NCBI GenBank assembly: GCA_963713615.1 | Contig: CAVQMM010000001.1 | Location: forward strand, 2,688,001-2,752,000 | DNA length: 64,000 nucleotides | DNA from: an uncultured Chlamydiae bacterium | GTDB taxonomy: Bacteria; Chlamydiota; Chlamydiia; Chlamydiales; JAJFMA01 | Reading direction: 5' to 3' | Shown here: positions 49,486 to 60,700 of the stretch, in pieces | Numbering within the stretch: the stretch's first letter is position 1 | Layout of the letters: every line of letters begins with the position of its first letter | The notes under the pieces: generated by a model | Told to the model about the DNA's origin: nothing | Seen by the model: only the letters and a program-made list of their open reading frames with translations | Database searches by the model: none | Made by a program: the position numbers and the translations under genes

Positions 49486-50691
49486 ATGAGCAAAATGCGC
49501 ATGCTCTACCTTCACGAAAAGCTTGGCCGCATGGCCGGTGCAGAGCAGCATATCGTCGTTACAGCCCCTTTTCTCAAAGAAGCTTTTGATCTCTATATGG
49601 CCTACTGGACCCGCAGTGGCAAGGATGAGGAACTGGTAGAGCAATGGTTTAGTGGCACCTACCAACTCAATTTCGATGCTCCGGAGGAGACCATTCGCAG
49701 CTCGCTAAATGCCATTCTGGATCAGGTTAAACCCGACATCGTCTATATGCACAAATGTTTGTCAGCGCCCATGATTGAAACATTATTAGCAACAAAGATT
49801 CCTATCGTACGCATGGTCCACGACCATGAAGTCTATTGCATGCGGACATACAAGTACTTTCCTTGGTCACGTAAGATATGTCACAAAAAAGCTGGCCCCT
49901 GTTGCCTCTTCCCTTGCCTAGCTTTCATTCAGCGCGATCGCACCAAGGGGGAATATGGCATTAAGTATGTAAGCTATGACAAACAACAACGGCTGATCCG
50001 TGCCGATCAACAGATCGCCGCCTCATTTGTAGTAACCGAATACATGCGTCAGGAACTGTTACTTCAAGGATACCCTCCGGAACGCGTATTTATCTTTCCT
50101 CCTACCCCACATAACCTCACAGGCAACATCCCCCAACCAACTTTTAGCGATAAGAACATCTTAGTGTTTGCCGGCCAGATCATTCGTGGAAAGGGTCTTG
50201 ATTGCCTGATTAAAGCCCTAGCACTAGTAAAAACGCCATTTAAGCTCATTGTGCTGGGCGATGGTTCTCATAAGGTCTACTGCCAGAGACTTACTGAATC
50301 ATTAGGATTGCAGAACAAGATAGAGTTTCGTGGATTTGTCCCACATGAAGAATTGCAAGAGTTCTATCGCCAGGCAACAGCAGCCATTGTGCCCTCCGTA
50401 TGGCCTGAGCCCATAGCCACGTGGGGTCTAGAGGTCATGCGCTATGGACTTCCTGTAATTGGTTTTAACTCCGGGGGAATCCCAGATTGGCTTAAGGATA
50501 ACCTCACAGGCTACCTGATTCCTTGGATGGACCTCCCCAATATGGCAGAAAAAATCGATTATCTCCTCACACATAAAGAAGAAGCCAGACGATTGGGTCA
50601 AAATGCCCGTCAGTTTATCCTGGAGCATTATAATTTCAATGATTACATCGTGAATCTACGTTCTAAGTTAGTAGAAATAGCGGAACGTTAA
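49486..50691 (+). CDS. Glycosyltransferase family 4
   Basis: AGQIIRGKG, PSVWPEP...LEVMRYGLPVIG. Confidence 0.9.
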   Translation: MSKMRMLYLHEKLGRMAGAEQHIVVTAPFLKEAFDLYMAYWTRSGKDEELVEQWFSGTYQLNFDAPEETIRSSLNAILDQVKPDIVYMHKCLSAPMIETLLATKIPIVRMVHDHEVYCMRTYKYFPWSRKICHKKAGPCCLFPCLAFIQRDRTKGEYGIKYVSYDKQQRLIRADQQIAASFVVTEYMRQELLLQGYPPERVFIFPPTPHNLTGNIPQPTFSDKNILVFAGQIIRGKGLDCLIKALALVKTPFKLIVLGDGSHKVYCQRLTESLGLQNKIEFRGFVPHEELQEFYRQATAAIVPSVWPEPIATWGLEVMRYGLPVIGFNSGGIPDWLKDNLTGYLIPWMDLPNMAEKIDYLLTHKEEARRLGQNARQFILEHYNFNDYIVNLRSKLVEIAER

Positions 50692-50843
50692 TTATGTTTT
50701 TACCCCCAGGGAACACAAAAACCTCTGCAGTTATCTCTATGAATAAGCTGGGACTGCCACTTTGACACTTATTATAAATCAATTGTTAAAATATCTATAA
50801 AATGCCATTATCAACTTTAAATGCTATAAATTAAATAAGGATA

Positions 50844-51182
50844 ATGGACATGCATTTGGATAATCTACTTAATTTTGCTATGGTAAATTTCGCCAAAGTG
50901 CATGAGGTGAACGCCCCCATTGAGCCGACAACAGAAACGCGCAATTTCATTTGGTCCTTGGCTACTATCATTCATTCGCTATGTACGATAGTCATATTAA
51001 AGTCCGGCTCCAACAACGACTCCATACCGAAAGCCGTTCTAGGCGCCTCTATTCTTCTTACAGGCTGCATACTAAATGGGTTCGTTAACCCAGGTGATCT
51101 GTGCGCTCCGATGCCCTTCCTCTTTGAATCAGTTGCAGTGCATGTCCTTCTTGCTTACGTCACTCAAACCTTTGATGGTTAG
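50844..51182 (+). CDS. Small hydrophobic hypothetical protein
   Basis: AAGGA RBS, AT-rich upstream region, 2-3 hydrophobic segments. Confidence 0.4.
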   Translation: MDMHLDNLLNFAMVNFAKVHEVNAPIEPTTETRNFIWSLATIIHSLCTIVILKSGSNNDSIPKAVLGASILLTGCILNGFVNPGDLCAPMPFLFESVAVHVLLAYVTQTFDG

Positions 51183-51295
51183 ATGCTCAAGTAATGGTAT
51201 ATCGCATGGCTTTGGGCTATGAACGAACTTGACGAGCTGGACAAAAATGGACTTCACTTTTGTTGTCCAATTGCGAAAGTCTCGCGCTACATATG

Positions 51296-52795
51296 CTATT
51301 TCTTAATACGCTGATAAACTTCGACATCGCCGCTCTCGGGGTCAATAGCTGAGTGCGGCACACCAAATAGGAAGCGATAGTTTTTCTTAAACTCCTCCGA
51401 GTCCAATACTCCAGGAGCAAATAGCTTTTTCTGGAAAATGATGTAATCGGGAAATGTCTTCTCTATTAGCTGCGCGGTTGCACGGCCGTAGGGCAATCCT
51501 GGAGTCGATTTAGAAACGACTCCAAGATGCGCTAGTGACGGGTTGATGAGCCCTACAGCATCAACAATATGCGACTTGGAAAAATAGCCAATCGCCCCGA
51601 TCTCATGGGTCAGAATAGACTGCTGAGGCGTTAAGGAAGTCTCGGTCTTCAATTTAGCGATAATATCATGGTATTTGCTTACACGATGTGTGTAGGTATC
51701 CAGCAGCGTGCCTTTGGTGAAATAGACCCAACGCACCTCCAAACCTACTAGAACAAGCAAAGCTACAATCACCACCACAGTTCTACCCGCAACAAGTTGA
51801 TAGAGACCATAGTAGAAAATCACGCCAAGCAGAGTCACCATCGGTGCTGGATACCAGAACCACATCGGAGGATTGGCTATGGAATAGAGAAGAAAGTTTA
51901 GTAAGCATACCCCCAAAATAAAAATCTGGGCAAAGTCCCTTCTTGGCCATCGGAGAAGACCATAGACCACTCCAGCACATACCACCAATGAGCGTACGGG
52001 CCAGGGAATACTGCCTAAGGGAATAAGCAGTGCAGGTGCTTTCAAGAAGTATAGGAATGCATGCAAGGGATCTTCTGGGCGAATTAAATGCTTGATCTCG
52101 ACAGAGGAAGGATAGAGAGTGCCATAACCCACTACATAGAAAGACAAATAGGTTAATACAAAGCCAAAGAGAAGCGTGTAGATGGGCAGGTTGCGGGAAA
52201 GATCAATGGAAAAGCGTCCTTCACGAAATAGGGTCAACAAGCCTACCATTCCCATGATGATAGAACCCTCAGGTCTTGTGAGGAGAGCCATACCAGCGAA
52301 TGCTGCCGCAAGCATCATAGACTTGTCGACAAAAGCCATTGTCAGCAGTATCCAGAGTACAAACAGAGGCGTTTCCATTCCACCCTGTGAGCTGGACAGC
52401 AATAAGGGATGCCATACAACAACCAATGCCAATCCGCTGGAGATGAGTAATGAAATGTCAAGCCTGCGAAAAAACCAAACTAAAACAACCACACAAGCAT
52501 ATTCCAAAAAAATGTTGAGACCCATATCGATAACGACGAGGTCAACCGGAGCCCCAACGTGAGGTAGGAACATTTTCAGCAGGGCAAGTACACAAGGATA
52601 AAGCATTGTTGAGATGCCGAAGATGCGATCATTGGCATGATAGCTGAACGAACCGGTATCGGTGAAATTGTCGACATAACGCAAGGTGATGTAGGCATCA
52701 TCAATCAGATAACCCGGACCAAAATAGGCAAGAAGCGTCCGCACGGCGGCAAAGATGACAAAACCGAGCAAAACCCACAGAAAGTTGCGATTCAT
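51296..52795 (-). CDS. GT-C fold membrane glycosyltransferase-like protein
   Basis: DDAYITLRY, GMETPLF, LTRPEG, EIGAIGY, DAVGL. Confidence 0.75.
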   Translation of the reverse strand: MNRNFLWVLLGFVIFAAVRTLLAYFGPGYLIDDAYITLRYVDNFTDTGSFSYHANDRIFGISTMLYPCVLALLKMFLPHVGAPVDLVVIDMGLNIFLEYACVVVLVWFFRRLDISLLISSGLALVVVWHPLLLSSSQGGMETPLFVLWILLTMAFVDKSMMLAAAFAGMALLTRPEGSIIMGMVGLLTLFREGRFSIDLSRNLPIYTLLFGFVLTYLSFYVVGYGTLYPSSVEIKHLIRPEDPLHAFLYFLKAPALLIPLGSIPWPVRSLVVCAGVVYGLLRWPRRDFAQIFILGVCLLNFLLYSIANPPMWFWYPAPMVTLLGVIFYYGLYQLVAGRTVVVIVALLVLVGLEVRWVYFTKGTLLDTYTHRVSKYHDIIAKLKTETSLTPQQSILTHEIGAIGYFSKSHIVDAVGLINPSLAHLGVVSKSTPGLPYGRATAQLIEKTFPDYIIFQKKLFAPGVLDSEEFKKNYRFLFGVPHSAIDPESGDVEVYQRIKK

Positions 52796-52812
52796 AGCAG
52801 GCCCCTTTTTGG

Positions 52813-52972
52813 GGCCTTATTCACCTTTGCGGTCAGTTTTCGGTCGACTGCAAAAGGATCGTCTGTCGCGTTTTGCTCCTCGGACATAGCTGGCGCTATG
52901 CCCTCGCCACAAACCACGACATCCGACCTTTTTCGTCCGACCGAAATTCTGACCGCAAAGGTGAACAAGGCC
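52813..52972 (+). mobile_element. MITE family B, copy 3
   Basis: 160 bp; 8-bp TSD CTTTTTGG. Confidence 0.9.
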
Positions 52973-53183
52973 CTTTTTGGACCTGTCTATCACATCACCG
53001 CAATTAATTACCTCTTGAGATGCACACACCACCTATGCAGTGTCCCGTAGATCAGCTAATAGCTCCTTGAAATCTAAAAGATGTTGTAGACATTACCAAA
53101 TGGACCTTAACAGGTTAATATTTCACCTCATACGGGTCGATTTTAGGGCGGGCTATTTTAAATTCATTAATTGTTCGATTCGT

Positions 53184-54503
53184 CTAAACAAACCTTATTA
53201 AAGGCTCCCCCCTGGGAAGATTACCGATCTCTACAAAGCCTAGCTGTGTGAGAGCCGAGAGTGCACTCTCATGTGTTAGAATTGATGCGAGTAGAGTGTC
53301 TCTGGTGGCACAATTGTAAGCAATTTCGCTGAGACGTTTATATAGCGAAACACAAGTCTTGTTCCGCTTGAGAACATTGCATAGGATTACGAAATTATTA
53401 GGATCGAAGGATTCAACTTTTTGAAAATATCTAGTTTCGACCGCTTGACACAGAGCCTCTTGCCAGCTATCAATGTGATGCTTTCTTCCCTTATCTTGGT
53501 GACTCACCGCGGCGATACTTTCACAAAGCTCGATCCAATCAAGCAGATCCTTCATCGTGGCATTGCTTAAGTCTATTTCTGTCTTAAAAGAATCTGGATG
53601 AGTTCGCACATACCAACGGCATAACCCAAGCAGTATTTCGTCATTCGCATCAAAAGCTTCTTGTGAAATGGCCAATAGACTCTCTGTGTTCAAAGCGATG
53701 TTCAAGTGATAACGACACACTTCGAGTAACGCTGGCGTCTGGGTGAACGAAGCCAGACAATAGAGGGATAACCATCCCCCTAGATCGCTAGGTTCCTGAG
53801 ATAGCTGTCCTGTATAGATAAATTGCAAAAGATTCCTAAATTCATAAACGTTATCGGTAAATTTAAATTCACCCTCGTTTTTATTGGGCAGAGCGACTTC
53901 GCCTAGAAACAGTTTTTCGAAAAATCCAGAATCATAAACCAGACGCTCCTTGTGGACGTGAACCTTAATGTTCTCCCCATTTGCTTCCTTCGGCGGGAAG
54001 ATAAAGGTGTAATTTGTGAGTCTGCCCGCTTGAGCAAGCTCCCATGAAGATGACCCATTTAGCTTGAGCGCCGGTACGAAAGCAGTGATGGGACGAGGTT
54101 GCAAATTCAAATCGTCAGCACTCCAAGACAAATTCGCTGATTTGAGAGCTACCCTCACCATACCGCCGAAATTAACTTGTGGACCATATAGAACATCGTA
54201 CTTGTGGCCGGTTAATTTCCAATGTAAAGTCCCAGGAACAGATTGAAAAGCCCTATTTATGGGGATTACCATGCCCGCAGGGATTTGACAGGCGAGCGTG
54301 GTGCTTAAATCGACATTATTTTTATTGTGAGGACTATGCGCAGCTTGCTGTGCTTCTTGAAATATTTTATTGAACAACTCGAATAAATAAATTCGAGCTT
54401 CATTTGTACCGGACTCTTGAATGGGCGGAAGATCTGCAGCTTGGGAAACTTGAATCGAAAGAATAGTAGAATCGACTCGCTTACAATTTATTAATGAATC
54501 CAT
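53184..54503 (-). CDS. BTB/POZ-domain (eukaryote-like) protein, candidate effector
   Basis: VHVHKERLVYDSGFFEKLF...FRNLLQFIYTGQL...LYCLASFTQTPALLEVCRYHL. Confidence 0.75.
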   Translation of the reverse strand: MDSLINCKRVDSTILSIQVSQAADLPPIQESGTNEARIYLFELFNKIFQEAQQAAHSPHNKNNVDLSTTLACQIPAGMVIPINRAFQSVPGTLHWKLTGHKYDVLYGPQVNFGGMVRVALKSANLSWSADDLNLQPRPITAFVPALKLNGSSSWELAQAGRLTNYTFIFPPKEANGENIKVHVHKERLVYDSGFFEKLFLGEVALPNKNEGEFKFTDNVYEFRNLLQFIYTGQLSQEPSDLGGWLSLYCLASFTQTPALLEVCRYHLNIALNTESLLAISQEAFDANDEILLGLCRWYVRTHPDSFKTEIDLSNATMKDLLDWIELCESIAAVSHQDKGRKHHIDSWQEALCQAVETRYFQKVESFDPNNFVILCNVLKRNKTCVSLYKRLSEIAYNCATRDTLLASILTHESALSALTQLGFVEIGNLPRGEPLIRFV

Positions 54504-54660
54504 AATTATGCCATCTACTTTATAGTTATAGTTTTTATAAACACAAATAATATTTCAGATCTTACATTTTTCTCAAACTAAAAAACACTTAAATTTATTT
54601 ATGATCGCAAAATGCAACCCATCCCGATAATTTGAGTCTCAAATTGCAAGTAAGACCAGC

Positions 54661-54810
54661 ATTCAGCCAGAAGAAATAGGAGGCGCAGCACTTGAGAGCC
54701 TTGTCGCACAGCATATTAGAGCATGGATCGACTTTCAAACTGCACAATTCAATTTGAGCTTTTGGCGTACGCGATCGGGTCTAGAAGTGGATTTTATCGT
54801 CTATGCCGCA
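54661..54810 (+). pseudogene. Fragment of an AAA+ ATPase C-terminal (DUF4143-like) domain
   Basis: Hand translation: PEEIGGAALESLVAQHIRAWIDF...SFWRTRSGLEVDFIVY; no N-terminus present. Confidence 0.65.
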
Positions 54811-54861
54811 CTCCTAGCAGGGGAAGTCAAGTTTCGTATAATGCCTAGTTCGCCCAAATCC

Positions 54862-54912
54862 AAAAGCGGTCGCAAGCGACCGCACTCCAAAGCGCGCCGA
54901 GTGACGATTGTG
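54862..54912 (-). repeat. Solo REP-like arm of the doublet carried by the 309-bp MITE
   Basis: AAAAGCGGTCGCAAGCGACCGCACTCCAAAGCGCGCCGAG..ACGATTGTGA. Confidence 0.85.
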
Positions 54913-55154
54913 ATTCCAAAGCGCCCCCAATTCTTCACAAGAACCCAAATTGAGTCCTCAGAATCCCTTTCCTGAGGCGCCAGAGTGAGCCGAGAAAACA
55001 ATTTTATGCATGGTGCAAATCAGGGGAATAAATAGCCACATTATTGGATCAGAATCACTTTTTTTGACAGATTTTTTTTTCACAGGTTGATTAGAGACTC
55101 GGTGTTAGAGGAGAGAAAAAAAATAGGTCCATTGGAAATAATTGCAGAGGCTCT

Positions 55155-55471
55155 TTAAAATCTAGAAGATGTTGTAGATAAGGTAAAAATGGACTTTATG
55201 CAGGATCGCTTCGCGGCATGATATGCAGGATCACTCCCACCTTCTAAATGCAAATAGAGTCTGACAATGAGCTTATACCCCACTCGGTCATAAATTTGGA
55301 TTTGGGCCCACGCGAATCTATTCCAACTCCATACCATAAATTTTTTAAAATAGCGTTAACCCTATGAATCTGAAGAAGATGGGAGTGATCCTGCATATCA
55401 TGCCGCGAAGCGATCCTGCATATCCGTTACAGTCGATTTTAGACGTATCTAAAACATCTTTTAGATTTCAA
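55155..55471. repeat. Inverted-repeat element, family D
   Basis: Perfect 43-bp arms 55197-55239 / 55380-55422; outer imperfect IR AAATCTAGAAGATGTTGTAGATA / TATCTAAAACATCTTTTAGATTT. Confidence 0.85.
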
Positions 55472-55489
55472 CAAGCTACTGTTTTCTTG

Positions 55490-57697
55490 TTAGCCAAGTG
55501 GTGACAGGGATGCTAATCGCGCAACCAAACTTCGGGTTTGTCCATCTTTGCTGAAATGTACTTTGTAGGTTAGCCCTGCGCTTCCCTCATACACCTCCAT
55601 AATCGTCCCGATGCCAAATTCGCGGTGAAAAACGACATCGCCAGCTGCAAAGGTGCGCTCGGCAGGCTTGGGATTCTTCGAGAAGACGCTAGGAACGTCA
55701 TACACCACGCGTGGTTCATGCTCGACCTCATTCTCCTCATCATCCTTGACCCTATCGCCTGGAGAGGGAGCGGCTCTCATCAGCTGAATATGCTGACGCG
55801 GAATATCCTTCAAAAAGCGGCTGCCACGCATCGCACGACGCACACCCCAGAGGTTTCTCGAGCCCACATGCGAGATATATAGGTACCTTTCGGCGCGTGT
55901 CATGCCCACGTAGCATAGCCGACGCTCCTCCTCAAGAGCCCTGTTATCGTCCTTACTGTTGATATGCGGAAAGAGGTCTTCTTCCATCCCTACCAAAAAG
56001 GTGACGGGAAATTCAAGCCCTTTGCCGCTATGAATTGTCATCAGGCTAACGCGGGGGGTAAACTCATCAACCTCATCGATGCTAGCTTTTAGAGAGAGTT
56101 CTTCTAAAAAGTCCCTCAATGTGCCATCGGGTCTTTGCTCACTCCATTCACTGGCTTTGCTAACCAATTCCTGCAAGTTTGAACTTCGGTCTTCGAAGGT
56201 TTCTTGATCGGCTTGTAGATACTCTAGATAACCGGTGAGGTTGATGGCCGCTTTAACCATATCCATGAGCGGCACTTGCCCCTCAAGGCGTCTTAAACCC
56301 TCTATCAATTCCACATACTTGACAAGGGCCGCTTTCTGCTTTGCAGGTAGGTTTGGAGAGGTATGTTCTCCGCGTATAAGGCCTTGGCAAAACTCAAAGA
56401 TGGGCAACTCATGCGCTTCGGCGGTATTACGAATTTTATCGATTGTAGAATCGCCAATTCCTCTCTTGGGAACGGTCAAAGTGCGTTCCCATGCAACCAT
56501 ATCGGTGCTGGATTGCACCATGCGTAGGTAGGCCATGATGTCTTTGATTTCTCGTCTTTGATAGAAAGAAACACCGCCCACAATAACATAGGGGATTCCC
56601 ATCGACATAAAGCGGTCTTCAAATGCTCGCGACTGAAAGTTGGTGCGATAAAAAATGGCTATTCGATTCAGTGGAACATCGTTGTGTGTGCGATGGTATC
56701 GAATGCAATCAACGACAAAGCGTGTTTCATCGTTTTCATTAGGACCATAGAAAACGCCGATCTTCTCACCAGGCCCAAGATTGCTCCAAAGGTTCTTTTC
56801 ATATCTCGATTCATTTTTCTTGATGACAGCGTTAGCGGCATCCAAGATGTGCGTGGTGCTGCGGTAGTTCTGCTCCAGACGTATTACCTTGGCGCCGGGA
56901 TAGTCCTTCTCGAAATCCAGGATATTGCGCACATCTGCGCCACGCCATGAATAGATTGACTGATCTGGATCGCCCACAACACACAAGTTGCCTCTTTTTT
57001 CCACGAGGGTTCTGATGAGCTCATATTGTGCAACATTAGTATCTTGGTATTCATCGATCAGCAAATAGTGCCAACGACTCTGGTAATAGTCCAAAACTTC
57101 AGGAAACTCGCGAAGCAAACGCACAGGCAGATAAAGAAGGTCATCGAAATCCACCGCGTTGTACTGGAACAATAATTCCGTATAACGCCTATAGATTTTT
57201 TGAAAGAGATCGACATTTTGTGCGTTGCGAAGATTTTCAGTACAGTTGTCGGGACTTCTAAGGGCATTTTTTGCGTGTGAAATGCTATGACGCACATTTT
57301 TGAGGATATCGCGATCACGACCTACGCCGACTTCGTCAAGACATGTTTTGAGAACCTTAGTGACGTCATCTTCATCATAAATGGTGAAATGGCTGCGATA
57401 TCCCAAATGCTGAATCGACTCCCTTAAGATGCGAGCGCCCAGGCTATGAAAGGTCGAGATCAGCACATCGGCATTAGTAGCGGCATTGACACGATTGCGC
57501 ATTTCACCTGCAGCTTTATTCGTAAAGGTAACCCCAAGAATGCGATGGGGATCCACGCCTCGCTCTAATAGGCGAATAATGCGCATGGTCACCACGCGTG
57601 TTTTGCCCGAGCCAGCGCCCGCCAGAACTAAAAGCTGGCCTTCGCCAAAGCCTATGGCTTCTTGTTGCTCTGAATTAAGAATATCTGGGGAATCCAT
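55490..57697 (-). CDS. uvrD: UvrD/PcrA ATP-dependent DNA helicase
   Basis: AGAGSGKT, TFTNKAA, DEYQDTN, VGDPDQSIYSWRGA, LEQNYRS, MTIHSGKGLEF, EERRLCYVGMTRA. Start ATG 57697. Confidence 0.93.
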   Translation of the reverse strand: MDSPDILNSEQQEAIGFGEGQLLVLAGAGSGKTRVVTMRIIRLLERGVDPHRILGVTFTNKAAGEMRNRVNAATNADVLISTFHSLGARILRESIQHLGYRSHFTIYDEDDVTKVLKTCLDEVGVGRDRDILKNVRHSISHAKNALRSPDNCTENLRNAQNVDLFQKIYRRYTELLFQYNAVDFDDLLYLPVRLLREFPEVLDYYQSRWHYLLIDEYQDTNVAQYELIRTLVEKRGNLCVVGDPDQSIYSWRGADVRNILDFEKDYPGAKVIRLEQNYRSTTHILDAANAVIKKNESRYEKNLWSNLGPGEKIGVFYGPNENDETRFVVDCIRYHRTHNDVPLNRIAIFYRTNFQSRAFEDRFMSMGIPYVIVGGVSFYQRREIKDIMAYLRMVQSSTDMVAWERTLTVPKRGIGDSTIDKIRNTAEAHELPIFEFCQGLIRGEHTSPNLPAKQKAALVKYVELIEGLRRLEGQVPLMDMVKAAINLTGYLEYLQADQETFEDRSSNLQELVSKASEWSEQRPDGTLRDFLEELSLKASIDEVDEFTPRVSLMTIHSGKGLEFPVTFLVGMEEDLFPHINSKDDNRALEEERRLCYVGMTRAERYLYISHVGSRNLWGVRRAMRGSRFLKDIPRQHIQLMRAAPSPGDRVKDDEENEVEHEPRVVYDVPSVFSKNPKPAERTFAAGDVVFHREFGIGTIMEVYEGSAGLTYKVHFSKDGQTRSLVARLASLSPLG

Positions 57698-57737
57698 AAC
57701 GCCTGTTTGGGTAAACGTTTGCACAAAACACTCGGGG

Positions 57738-60700
57738 TTAGGGTGAGACGGTTCGCAACGGACTGCGTTTTTCATTTTCTCGGTCACCAAGATTACCATA
57801 ACGGTGGTAGTCAATACTAATCGAAAGTTCGCGCAAGTGATGTAATAACTCCAAACGCCCTGAAGAAAAGACGGGGGCGATCGCTATACGGGCTCCCATT
57901 TCAGCAAGTCCAACTCGAAGTTTCTCGGATGGAGGCTGAAGTAACCTAACCCGCACGTGGGGAATGGCAGCCATGCGCTGAAGAAAGGCTTCGTCAGTTT
58001 CAAGAGTAGCCTCGATCGAGAGCGTAACATCGGAACTGATTTCCAATTTCGCTCCACAAATCCTTGCTGCGGCACAAACACGCAAGTAACCGATCGCTTG
58101 ATCATTGGCTTGTACGCGTAAGATGACGTGGCGTGGTCTATAGGTAAATAAGTTATCTTCACCTTGGATGCGGCTGAAGTCGCAAGCTTTAGAAAATAGC
58201 TGCTTCCAGAAGTGTGCATAGCTGCTTAAGCTGGCACTCCAAACGGCTATATCGTCAGGCGATAGATGCTTTTGTAGGTCGGGCAGAGAAAAAAAATCTT
58301 TCTCTTCGGGTAGGCCAGACTGCTCTGCTTTCATAAAGTTGATGAGATAATTGGGTCCACCGGCTTTGGCTCCTGGACCAAAACTACTGTCTTTACAGCC
58401 ACCAAAAGGCTGGCGCTGAACGATAGCACCCGTGATGCCACGGTTGACATAGAGATTTCCTGCATCAGCACGCTCGATCCAATACTGCTGTTCGCGTTCA
58501 TCTAGGCTGTGTAAACCAGAGGTTAGGCCATAGGGGGTTCCGTTAGCCAATCTGATCGCTTCATCGAGTGAATCTGCCCTCATTAAGGCTAGAACGGGAC
58601 CAAAAAACTCGGTTTGATGAGTAAAGCTGCCAGGTTTCACACCCATTTTAATGCCTGGTGACCACAACTGTGGATTCTGTGAGTCTTGACGGGGTTGAAG
58701 AAGCCACTCTTCGCCTTCTTCAAGTGTTGTGAGCGCGCGTAACAGCGCACCACTTGCAGGGCGAATCAAGGGGCTCAGTCGCGTCTGAAAATTCCATGAA
58801 GAGCCAGCAGCCCAGCTAGCAGCAGCATCGCGCAGTTGTCGTCGGAATTGTGGGTCGTCGTATACCTCGGCTTCGCAAATCAATAAGCTACATGCACTGC
58901 ATTTCTGACCTGCATGTCCAAAGGCTGATTGAATGACATCCCGAATGGCTAGATCACGATCGGCCATGCAACTGACAATCATGGCATTCTTACCGCCGGT
59001 TTCAGCAAGCAGGTCAAGGCCAGGCCGTAAGCGTAGCAGATGACGCGCAGTCTCCGTAGCGCCTGTGAGCACCACGACAGCAACTCGCGAGTCTTGAATA
59101 AGGCGGCTACCAACAGGATCATCCTCACAAGGAATAAAATGCAGCACATCACGACTAATGCCACCTTCCCAAAAGGCATCAGCAACAATATTGCCTACGA
59201 CAATAGCTTCTGGAGCTGGCTTAAATAAGACTGCATTACCCGTTGCTAAAGCCGCTGCTATGCCCCCAACAGGAATAGAACAGGGGAAATTCCAAGGTGG
59301 AGCTATGACAACGATCCCCTTTGCGGACCACTGAACGTTGCTTATTTCGTCTAATGAGATCATCTCGCGACGATAGTATTCCACAAAATCTATCGCTTCT
59401 TGAATTTCGATGTCAGCTTCAGCAGCGACTTTGTTGCACGTGAAAATCATGGCTTCCATGAGTTGTGCACGATGACAACGTAGGGCTTGAGCAACATTCC
59501 AGAGGACTTCCGACCTCTCATGAGTCGCGAGCGCTGACCAATTGAGTTGAGATCGTGATGCTGTATTCAGGGCAGCATCGACATCCTGCCAGGTAGCCAT
59601 TTCTACAGGGGTCGTTGGTTTGGGCTTATGTTCAGCAACAATAGTCTCTAGCCACTTTCGATTTGCGGGAAGAGCCCAATCGGTATCTGGTTCATTTGCA
59701 AAAGGCGATTGGAGCGAAGGTTTCAGAGGGCTCCTCTGCCGATTCTGCTGCCGACGGACATCACTCGAGACGCTATCTGCCTCAGTGCATGAGTTACGAA
59801 ATAGCGTTGCCTGATCTTGCCATGCATGAGATCCAGGATTAAGCCCAAAGGCATGCCTGAGGAAGTTTTGTGGGGCGGTATTTTCGTCTAATCGCCTGAT
59901 GAGATAGGCGATGGCATTTTGAAATTCAGCCTCACTGGCAGCCGGGCAGTACAGCAACATATCGCCGGAAACGTTTTGCACAGCGCGTCGGATATGATCG
60001 GCCATACCTTCAAGCATTTCAAAACAAACTTCTTTTTCGAGACCATTCTCTTGTCTAAGCAATAAGGCGAATGCAATATCAAAGAGATTGTGACTTCCAA
60101 TGCCCAGATGCACCGCACGAGCATGCTCAGGCTTCATACCGTAAAGAATCATGCGTTTGAAATTGGCATCCACCTCACCTTTGTCACTGTAGGGAGCTTG
60201 CTGCCAGCCATGCATAGCCGCTGTAACCTGCTCCATAGCGAGATTAGCTCCCTTAACAATGCGTATTTTAATAGGCGCGCTCTTAGCTGCCATTCGTTGA
60301 ATTGCCCATTGCGTGAGTTTTTGCTGCACTGCAAACGAATCAGGAATATAAGCCTGCAGCACTATGCCTGCTGATAGATCAAGAAATTCTTCTTCACCGA
60401 GTACTCTACAAAATAATTCTACGGTCAATAGCAGGTCGGAGTATTCCTCCATGTCGAGATTGACGAACTTCGGCACTTCGGTGCCATCGGGACGACGATA
60501 TAGATGCTTACGAGAGGCTCGATAGAGCTTTCGCAAAGGCTTTGAAAGTCTGTCTAGGGTATGCTCCCACCCGATAAGATTAATCTGACTGTAGATCGTT
60601 GAGACCTTTACGGAGATATACTCCACTTCAGGCTTAGCAAGATCGTCGAGGTACAGTTGAAGACGGTGCTGCGCTTCTTCTTCACCCAGCACGGCTTCAC

